NCBI GenBank assembly: GCA_044221725.1
Contig: JBGAON010000005.1
Coordinates: 224,001-288,000, forward strand
Length of the DNA stretch: 64,000 nucleotides
Direction of reading: 5' to 3'
DNA from: Elusimicrobiota bacterium
GTDB taxonomy: Bacteria > Elusimicrobiota > Elusimicrobia > F11
The notes under the pieces are model-generated. The model was not told the DNA's origin. It worked only from the letters and a program-made list of their open reading frames with translations, and did no database searches. The translations under genes and the position numbers were made by a program. Below, piece after piece: positions 49,231 to 56,279 of the stretch (the first letter of the stretch is position 1; every line of letters begins with the position of its first letter).

Positions 49231-49274
49231 GCGTTAAGAATTACACCTACTGTCGGGCCGGGATGACGGCTCTA

Positions 49275-49973
49275 TTATTCTTGCGCGAGGTAGCGATAAC
49301 CGATGCGCTCGACGGTTTCGATCTTGTTTTCGTAGCGTCCGAGTTTTTTCCGCAGTCGACCGACGTGCACGTCGACGGTGCGCGTGTTGCCCACCAACTC
49401 ATGGCCCCATACTGACTCGCACAGCACTTCGCGCGTTAACACCGTGTTCTTCGCGCGCATGAGAGCGGCCAACAAATCAAATTCTTTCGGGGAAAGATCC
49501 ACCGGCTTCTTATCAATCTCAAGCCGATGTTGATCCAAATGGATTTTGATGGTTCCGTCTTCGATCATGCCGTGCATCGGATCTTTCGGTTTGGAACGGC
49601 GGAGCACCGCGCGGATGCGCGCGACAAACTCGCCTTGGTTGAACGGTTTCACAATGTAATCGTCGGCGCCGATTTCCAAGCCAGCGATTTTGTAGGAATC
49701 CACGGATTGAACGGTCAGCATAACGACCGAAAGGTTGGCCGTGTTCGGATTTGCGCGAAGTTTCTTAATGATGCCAAAGCCATCTTCATCGGGAAGTTGC
49801 AAATCGAGCACCACAAGATCCGGTTTAAAAGTGCCAACCAATTTGAAGAAGTCGGCGGCTGAGGACGCGGTTTCTACAATGAATCCTTCGCGTTCGAGAA
49901 CCATTTCGACCAGGCGGCGAATATCCGGGTCGTCGTCGACAACAATGATCTTTTGTTTAATTTCAGAAGCCAT
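49275..49973 (-). CDS. OmpR/PhoB-family DNA-binding response regulator
   Basis: Receiver motifs VVDDD, VLDLQLP and KPF; winged-helix TRTVDVHVGRLRKKL...ERIGYR. AAGGAG RBS 5 nt before the ATG at 49973 overlaps the kinase stop codon. Confidence 0.95.
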   Translation of the reverse strand: MASEIKQKIIVVDDDPDIRRLVEMVLEREGFIVETASSAADFFKLVGTFKPDLVVLDLQLPDEDGFGIIKKLRANPNTANLSVVMLTVQSVDSYKIAGLEIGADDYIVKPFNQGEFVARIRAVLRRSKPKDPMHGMIEDGTIKIHLDQHRLEIDKKPVDLSPKEFDLLAALMRAKNTVLTREVLCESVWGHELVGNTRTVDVHVGRLRKKLGRYENKIETVERIGYRYLAQE

Positions 49974-49982
49974 TTGCACTCC

Positions 49983-51476
49983 TTACTGAGGTCGAAGTAC
50001 TTTTGCCTTTAGCTCTTCAGTCAACTTCGGTATCGTAAAAAAGAAAGCTGTTCCTTGCCCGGAGGGCGCGGGGCTTTTGATCCAAATTTTCCCGCCGTGC
50101 GCTTCAACAATTCCTTTCGCAATCGCAAGGCCAAGTCCAGTCCCTTTGTGTTTGCGGGCCATGCCTTGATTCGACTTCACCTGCTCGAATTTGCTGAACA
50201 ACTTGTCCACCATGTCAGGCGGAATTCCTTCGCCGGTGTCGTGCACGCTGATCTCAAGATGATTTCCGCCTTCGGTCGCCTGAATTTCCACTTGGCCTTT
50301 TTCGGGCGTAAATTTGATGGCGTTCGACGTCAAATTAATAAGAACCTCGGCAATTTTGTCTTTGTCCACAAACGCGGGCGCCAACTGCTTCGCGACCTTA
50401 TTCTTGAACGTAATTTTCTTTTCTTCAAGCTGAGGTTTGAAAAGAGCTTCCATTTCGTGCGCGAGGTCCGCCATGTTCAGTTGCTCCGGCGTGAGCTTTA
50501 GCTTGTGCGCTTCGATCTTCGCGACGTCCAAAAGATTATCGATAAATCGTCCCAGCCGAACCGCGCTGTTTTTGATCACGGATAAATAATCTTTTTGCTC
50601 CGCATTAATGGGTCCCGCCGCCCCCTGCAGCAAAAGGTCAATGTAGCCACGGATGGATGTCATCGGTGATCGCAATTCGTGCGTGACGTTTGAAACAAAG
50701 TCTTGCTTCATTTGGTCCAGTTCGCCCAACTTCGCCGCCATCAAGTTGAAATCGTCGGCCAGTTCCTTTAATTCGTCGTCGGTCGAAACGGCGATGCGGT
50801 GGTCCAATTTTCCTTCGCCGATTTTTTGCGCGCCTTCGCGCAACGTCTCAATTGGTTTCGTAATAAACGCCGCCAACAAGAACGCGCCGAGCAAGCCGAG
50901 CACCAACGCGAAGAAAAAGGCGCTGCGAATGCGCTGGTCCATGATCCGCAACGAATTCTTTATGTCGCGGTCGATCATGCTTTTGTCGAACCCAATGCGG
51001 GCCACGCCTTCGTATTTCGGGGGATTTAAGCCGATCATGATCGGGACCGATATATCAATAATGTCTTTGTTGTCCTTCGACTTGAGGTTTTGCGTGAACA
51101 ATTCTTGGCGATCGCGGTTTTCGAGAACTTTTTGAGAAGCGGGATCGTCCAGTTTCTTGCCGATTTGGGTGGCGTCGGTGTGCACGCGGACGCGGCCATC
51201 TTCGTAAAGCACCATCGCGTACGCCGTCGTCAGGGACTTTTGCAGCAAATTCACATAGTTAACAAGACCTGTTTCGTCATCGACGAGAATCGCCTCGCGC
51301 GCCACTTGGCGCAGCGCCCGCACCATGTCAGCGCGGTTCGTTTCCTGGGTTTCGATGATCGCCCGTTTCTGGCCGGACCGAAGGTAATAGCTGAAGGCTC
51401 CGGCCACAAACAGCACCAAAAGCGTCGCAAAAAAGGCCAGTTTGAACTTTAAAGGGGTTCGTTTTTTCGTCGGCAT
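49983..51476 (-). CDS. Membrane sensor histidine kinase (TM, extracytoplasmic Cache-like domain, TM, HAMP, HisKA, HATPase)
   Basis: Two hydrophobic helices, HAMP (ITKPIETL...DELKELADDFNLM), H-box THELRSP, N-box NLTSNAIKF, G boxes DTGEGI and GTGLGL. Start taken at MPTKKR. Confidence 0.93.
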   Translation of the reverse strand: MPTKKRTPLKFKLAFFATLLVLFVAGAFSYYLRSGQKRAIIETQETNRADMVRALRQVAREAILVDDETGLVNYVNLLQKSLTTAYAMVLYEDGRVRVHTDATQIGKKLDDPASQKVLENRDRQELFTQNLKSKDNKDIIDISVPIMIGLNPPKYEGVARIGFDKSMIDRDIKNSLRIMDQRIRSAFFFALVLGLLGAFLLAAFITKPIETLREGAQKIGEGKLDHRIAVSTDDELKELADDFNLMAAKLGELDQMKQDFVSNVTHELRSPMTSIRGYIDLLLQGAAGPINAEQKDYLSVIKNSAVRLGRFIDNLLDVAKIEAHKLKLTPEQLNMADLAHEMEALFKPQLEEKKITFKNKVAKQLAPAFVDKDKIAEVLINLTSNAIKFTPEKGQVEIQATEGGNHLEISVHDTGEGIPPDMVDKLFSKFEQVKSNQGMARKHKGTGLGLAIAKGIVEAHGGKIWIKSPAPSGQGTAFFFTIPKLTEELKAKVLRPQ

Positions 51477-51490
51477 AAATAGAAGGCGGG

Positions 51491-51501
51491 ATGTTATCAC
51501 A
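51491..51501 (-). promoter_or_regulatory. Putative extended -10 promoter of the kinase/regulator pair (TGTG-A-TAACAT)
   Basis: TRTGnTAnnnT pattern 14 nt before the ATG at 51476. It lies within the palindrome GATGT-TATC-ACATC (51490-51503). Confidence 0.4.
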
Positions 51502-51617
51502 TCACCGTCGCCCCCGCGCAGGCGCGGGGCCAGGCACATGAAATCGCGAGCGGATTGATTGACGGTGTCTAGGCCCCTGCCTGCGTGGCGGCGACGATCA
51601 AAAAACTTTAAATCGCA

Positions 51618-51645
51618 TTGAATTTCATCGCTTCCTCCTTATACT
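51618..51645 (+). promoter_or_regulatory. Putative sigma70-type promoter TTGAAT-N16-TATACT for the ATPase cluster
   Basis: Near-consensus -35/-10 hexamers ending 11 nt before the ATG at 51657. Confidence 0.45.
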
Positions 51646-51656
51646 GGGATGGAAAT

Positions 51657-53390
51657 ATGGCGAAGAATCCGAACGTTTTGGGTCGTAAGACCATCAAAGA
51701 CATCTTCCTCGAGCAAAAACTGCTCAAGCCCGACCAAGTAGAAAAAGCCATGGTCGAATCGAAAAACACGCAGAAGCCACTCCAACAGATTGTTGTCGAC
51801 ATGGGCATGGCCGAACGCGTCGATGTTTTGCAAATACTTTCCAAAGAATGGCGCGTGCGTGCCGTGGATCTCTCCGAAATGGATGTGGACCCCGACGTCG
51901 TAAAAATTGTGTCCGAACAAAACGCGCGCCGTCATTTGGCCATTCCGTTTGCAAAAGAAGATCGTGTGCTGCTCGTGGCCATGGCCGACCCGCGCGATTT
52001 CTTCATCTCGGAAGACATTCATCTGCGAACCGGATTTGAAGTCCAAAGCTACTTGGCGCTTCCCGAAGACATTCTTCGCGAACTCGGCAAGGTGTACGGC
52101 ATGGCGTCTGCCGTAAGCGCCGAAGACATGGTGAAAGGTATCACCGATCAATTGCCCGGGGATGACACTGGAATTTCGCTTGAAAAGATGGAAGAGGCGG
52201 TGGACGTCACCGAAGTCGACGCGTCAGCGCCCGAAGTTGAACGTATCGTTAACGCGGTCATCGTCGGCGCGCTGCAAGCCAAAGCGTCCGATATTCACAT
52301 TGAACCGTTCGAAAACAAATTTATTGTGCGTTACCGTGTGGACGGCAACTTGCGCGAAGCAAACTTCCAGATTCCGATGTCCTACAAGAATGCCGTGATC
52401 GCGAAAATAAAAATCATGACGAACCAAATGGACATCACCGAGCGTCGAAAGCCTCAAGACGGCCGTATTCAAGTGAGTGCGAAAGGCAACCCGGTCGAAT
52501 TCCGTGTGAACATTGTACCGACGGTGTTTGGAGAATCCTGCGTTATGCGCGTGTTGGACCGCGCGAGCGTGCGCGTTGATTTGAACAAGCTCGGATTTCA
52601 CCCGGAGCTGCTGACGCAGTTCAAGGAAATCTTGCAGCGGCCCTACGGTCTCATGCTCGTCTGCGGGCCGACGGGTTCCGGAAAATCGACGACGCTGTAT
52701 GCGGCGCTGAACTCGATCAATAATCCGGATACGAAAATTCTTACAGCCGAAAACCCTGTCGAATACAATCTGTCTGGCATCATTCAAACAAACGTCAATC
52801 CGGATATCGGTTTTACGTTTGCCGAAGCGCTGCGCGCATTTTTGCGACAGGATCCGGACATCATCATGGTCGGCGAAATTCGCGATAAAGAAACGGCTCA
52901 GATTGCGATGGAAGCGGCCATGACCGGTCACTTTGTGTTTTCAACAATTCATACAAACGATGCACCATCCGCGGTCGCGCGATTGCACGAGATGGGCGTG
53001 CCCTCATTTCTAATTGGTGGCACGCTCGAAGCGGTGCTCGCGCAACGGCTCGTGCGGCGCGTGTGCTCCGCATGCGCGAGGCCGATTCAAGCCACCGACG
53101 AAATGAAAGTCGTGTTTGATAAATATCAGATCGACATCAGCAAAGCGAAATTTATGCAAGGAAAAGGCTGCGACACGTGCAACAAAACCGGTTACAAAGG
53201 ACGCGCCGGTATTCACGAGCTTCTTGTGATGGATAACGATATCCGTCGGATTCTATTGAGCGAAGTGTCGGCGCAGCCGATTCGTGAACAAGCTGTCAAA
53301 AGCGGAATGCGACTCATGTTGCTGGATGGTCTTATTAAAGTAACGAACGGTGTTACCACGGTCGAAGAAGTGTTTGCGGCGACGCAATAA
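51657..53390 (+). CDS. PilB/GspE-family (type IV pilus / type II secretion) assembly ATPase
   Basis: ASDIHIEP, RYRVDG, DITERRKPQDGR, Walker A GPTGSGKST, Walker B RQDPDIIMVGEIRD, His box TGHFVFSTIH, Zn site CSAC...CDTC, and an N-terminal MshEN/T2SSE_N-like region. Confidence 0.95.
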   Translation: MAKNPNVLGRKTIKDIFLEQKLLKPDQVEKAMVESKNTQKPLQQIVVDMGMAERVDVLQILSKEWRVRAVDLSEMDVDPDVVKIVSEQNARRHLAIPFAKEDRVLLVAMADPRDFFISEDIHLRTGFEVQSYLALPEDILRELGKVYGMASAVSAEDMVKGITDQLPGDDTGISLEKMEEAVDVTEVDASAPEVERIVNAVIVGALQAKASDIHIEPFENKFIVRYRVDGNLREANFQIPMSYKNAVIAKIKIMTNQMDITERRKPQDGRIQVSAKGNPVEFRVNIVPTVFGESCVMRVLDRASVRVDLNKLGFHPELLTQFKEILQRPYGLMLVCGPTGSGKSTTLYAALNSINNPDTKILTAENPVEYNLSGIIQTNVNPDIGFTFAEALRAFLRQDPDIIMVGEIRDKETAQIAMEAAMTGHFVFSTIHTNDAPSAVARLHEMGVPSFLIGGTLEAVLAQRLVRRVCSACARPIQATDEMKVVFDKYQIDISKAKFMQGKGCDTCNKTGYKGRAGIHELLVMDNDIRRILLSEVSAQPIREQAVKSGMRLMLLDGLIKVTNGVTTVEEVFAATQ

Positions 53391-53398
53391 AGGACCTC

Positions 53399-54475
53399 AT
53401 GAAAGCAAACGGTGCAAACGACGCTGAACCGAAAGAACACGATGTTTTCGAGCTTGCAAAATCCTGGGCAACGAGCCAGGACGTGGACTCGCTGCTCGGC
53501 GAAATCAGCAAGGCCGTTGAGCGCATGACCGGTTCCGAAGCGGCATCGATCCTATTGCTGGATGCAAACAAAAAACAACTGGTTTTTAAGGTTGCAACCG
53601 GCGAAAAAGGCGCGTCCGTAAAAAGATTTTACGTCCCGCTCGGAAAAGGGGTGGCGGGGTGGGTGGCGGAGTACAAGGTGCCTGTCATCATCAACGACGT
53701 GCAATCCGATACTCGCTTTACAGGTCAAATTGATAAGTCGAGCGGATTTTCAACCCGGTCCATACTCGCGATGCCTATGATTGTGAACGATCAACTGATC
53801 GGCGTGGCCGAAGCGCTCAACAAGATTGACGGCGTTTATGGAGAAAGTGATCGCAAGATTCTCGAAAACTTGGGCGCGTTGGCCGCCACGACGATCGCCA
53901 ATGCGCGGATGGCCGAGGATTATCGGAACTTCTTCGCGCACACGATCGAAATTATCACGATGGCGGTTGAAGGATCCGACGGTCGGCTGACGGGGCATTC
54001 CTACCGAGTGGCGGAATTGGCCTGCCGGATTGGGCGCCAAATGGGTTTTGTCGGAAGCGAATACAAAAATCTTTACTACGGTGCGATCTTGCACGATATC
54101 GGTATGGTGGCCGTGCATGATTTGCGTTATCTGCCCAACGTGATTTCGCACACGATTGAGCGCACGCCGGAGAAATTGCACACGCTGGTCGGATCCGAGT
54201 TGGTGAAGAACATCCGCCTTCTGGCCGATGTTGCTCCTATTATTCTTTGTCACCATGAGTATGTGGACGGTACCGGTTTCCCCAACGGACTTGTTGGCGA
54301 TGATATTCCGCTCGGCGCGCGCATCCTTTGCTTGGTCGAACATCTGGACGAGCTGCACATCAATGGACTCGCCGGCGAACAATTCGATGAAGCGGCCGAA
54401 AAGATGGCACAAGAAGGAGCCGGCACCAAATTCGACAAAGACGTTGTTAATGCGTTCCTTTCGCTCCCCAAATAA
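53399..54475 (+). CDS. GAF + HD-GYP-family domain protein (c-di-GMP phosphodiesterase-like, partly degenerate)
   Basis: GAF (GKGVAGWV...NDVQSDTRF...TRSILAMP...LNK). HD-GYP motifs GHSYRV, LHDIG and HHEYVDGTGFP..L.GDDIPLGARI. AAGGA RBS. Confidence 0.9.
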   Translation: MKANGANDAEPKEHDVFELAKSWATSQDVDSLLGEISKAVERMTGSEAASILLLDANKKQLVFKVATGEKGASVKRFYVPLGKGVAGWVAEYKVPVIINDVQSDTRFTGQIDKSSGFSTRSILAMPMIVNDQLIGVAEALNKIDGVYGESDRKILENLGALAATTIANARMAEDYRNFFAHTIEIITMAVEGSDGRLTGHSYRVAELACRIGRQMGFVGSEYKNLYYGAILHDIGMVAVHDLRYLPNVISHTIERTPEKLHTLVGSELVKNIRLLADVAPIILCHHEYVDGTGFPNGLVGDDIPLGARILCLVEHLDELHINGLAGEQFDEAAEKMAQEGAGTKFDKDVVNAFLSLPK

Positions 54476-54480
54476 ACTTC

Positions 54481-54486
54481 TATAAT
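54481..54486 (+). promoter_or_regulatory. Possible internal -10 element (TATAAT) upstream of the PilZ gene
   Basis: Perfect TATAAT in the 44-nt intergenic gap. No convincing -35. Confidence 0.3.
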
Positions 54487-54519
54487 GGACCATCAAATTT
54501 TGACCCAAAGGGGGCGTCC

Positions 54520-54984
54520 ATGAAATCAACCAAAGAGCGTCGCAGAGGAAAACGGTGGAAGGTTGCTGTCTTGGTGCGCTGTTCGCTTCCAAAAGTTTCT
54601 GACGAAATGGTTGAGATGGAGATGTGGGCCAAAGATGTAAACGAGAAAGGCATGCAGCTCGAGCTCGCGCGCGGTTTAAACGTGATGCACTTGCAAGGCG
54701 CCGAAAAAGGTTCAAACCACCCCGTTCGATTTGATGACATCGATTTTGCAAAAGGTTCGCCGGTGAAAGTTCAGGATTTGTTTTACGATGATGATGGCTC
54801 GCCTTTCATTGAAGGAAAAATCACGTGGGCGCGTCAGTCTTCAGCAAACGGCAATTGGGCGCTTGGTGTTCAGTTTGAAGACGCAAAGAAGCAACCCAAG
54901 GCGCTGCTCGGCGCGTTCAAAGATTTCATTAGCATCGTAAAAAACCCCACCGTCGCGATCGCGAAGGCGTCTCGCCGCAAGTAG
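54520..54984 (+). CDS. Stand-alone PilZ-domain protein (putative c-di-GMP receptor)
   Basis: ERRRGKR (RxxxR), DVNEKG (D/NxSxxG variant), GKITW...LGVQF C-terminal strands. GGGGG RBS. Confidence 0.8.
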   Translation: MKSTKERRRGKRWKVAVLVRCSLPKVSDEMVEMEMWAKDVNEKGMQLELARGLNVMHLQGAEKGSNHPVRFDDIDFAKGSPVKVQDLFYDDDGSPFIEGKITWARQSSANGNWALGVQFEDAKKQPKALLGAFKDFISIVKNPTVAIAKASRRK

Positions 54985-54996
54985 CCCCGGCATTCC

Positions 54997-56019
54997 ATGG
55001 CGGGCCGCCCTGATTTTGACGAGTTCCTCACCGCACTAAACGGTTTTCTCGACAAAAAAGTCACGGTCCCGCAGGACCCAAGTTACCTCCGATTCCTCGA
55101 AATCTTCTGCCGCTCGGTCGGTTCGAGTGAAGGTCATTTGCTCGAGCATCTCGAAGGGAAAGGGCTTCAATCGATTGTCGCGTTCGGCATGCCATCGACC
55201 TTCGAGAAAGATTTCAACGGGACGGCTCCGCAAGCTCTGAAAGAACCGTCCCCGCTGGATTCCGCGTTTCGTGATCAACAAGTAATGGCCGTTGTTGAAC
55301 TGAAGCGCGGTGTAGGAATCCCGCTGTGGTTTATGGATATTGCGGGCAAGTACAAATTCAAGTCACTCGTGGCGGTGCCGCTGATCGGTCAAACAAAACC
55401 CGTCGGAGTGTTGTGCGCGTATTACCGAGACGTGTGCTTGTTTGACCAAGGCACGTTGGACCGACTCATGACGATTGGGCGAATGGTGGGGACCGCGATG
55501 GAGAAAACCATGTCCGCGGGCGGTGCCACCGAAACCGATCATGCCACACCGGCCGTTGACGGTTTTCTGCAGCTTCTTACCACGCAGACGACAACCAAAG
55601 CGCACATTTTCGAAGCGCTCACGAAAATTCTTGTCAAAAACCTACAGCCTTCCGGAATCATCAGCGGTCCGCTTCGCGTTGTGGGGCAAGACCTTATTCT
55701 GTCGGTCAGCGATGGAACGGGCGTTCCGCCGAACGCGCTCGGTCAACGTTATCCGTTGCCTCCGCTGCTCGCGAAAAAACTGTTGTTACCGCACGGAAGC
55801 CACCGGATTGAGACGTTGAAAGCCGACGAATGGGGGCAGCTGCGCCCGCTCATGAGCGGAAAATCGGCCACCGTGATCGCTCAGCCGATTATTTGGCAAA
55901 AGCAGCCGCAGGGGGCCATTGTCGTTTGGCGAAGCGAAGCAAAACCGTTTACCGATGTGGATGACACGCTGCTCTCTCGACTGGCCGGCATTACGTCGCT
56001 CGCGCTGCGCACGAACTAA
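54997..56019 (+). CDS. Tandem GAF-domain protein without output domain
   Basis: GAF-like signatures SLVAVPLIGQTKPVGVLCAY...F.Q..LD.L and VIAQPIIWQKQPQGAIVVW...PFTD.D..LLSRLA. Confidence 0.7.
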   Translation: MAGRPDFDEFLTALNGFLDKKVTVPQDPSYLRFLEIFCRSVGSSEGHLLEHLEGKGLQSIVAFGMPSTFEKDFNGTAPQALKEPSPLDSAFRDQQVMAVVELKRGVGIPLWFMDIAGKYKFKSLVAVPLIGQTKPVGVLCAYYRDVCLFDQGTLDRLMTIGRMVGTAMEKTMSAGGATETDHATPAVDGFLQLLTTQTTTKAHIFEALTKILVKNLQPSGIISGPLRVVGQDLILSVSDGTGVPPNALGQRYPLPPLLAKKLLLPHGSHRIETLKADEWGQLRPLMSGKSATVIAQPIIWQKQPQGAIVVWRSEAKPFTDVDDTLLSRLAGITSLALRTN

Positions 56020-56027
56020 ATCCTCCC

Positions 56028-56279
56028 ATGATCAATTATCTTCTTCTCGCGATTATCTTCTTCTTGCTCGGCATTATTGGCTGGTTTCTGTGGAAATCCG
56101 GATTCTTATTCGATGCGGAGACGCCAACGTCAATTATCGACAAACCTGTCATGGACGCGAAGGAACGAAAGGCGTTTATGAAGCGACTGAAAAGGTGGCG
56201 CGCCGAGGGGAAAGTAACCTTGGCAGAGTTTGAAACAATTTTGAGATTGTGCGACGAAGAGTGGGACGCGCCTAGTTAG
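56028..56279 (+). CDS. Small membrane protein with C-terminal SHOCT-like motif
   Basis: N-terminal hydrophobic helix YLLLAIIFFLLGIIGWFLW; LKRWRAEGKVTLAEFE resembles the SHOCT pattern L..L...G.IT.EEF. Confidence 0.65.
   Translation: MINYLLLAIIFFLLGIIGWFLWKSGFLFDAETPTSIIDKPVMDAKERKAFMKRLKRWRAEGKVTLAEFETILRLCDEEWDAPS

Noticed and set aside
49231..49274. Bidirectional terminator between the giant gene and the response regulator
   Set aside because: No convincing stem-loop with a U-tract on either strand.
51512..51529. GC hairpin CCCCGCG-CAGG-CGCGGGG in the divergent intergenic region
   Set aside because: It is short, has no U-tract and lies between divergent starts, so no function can be supported.
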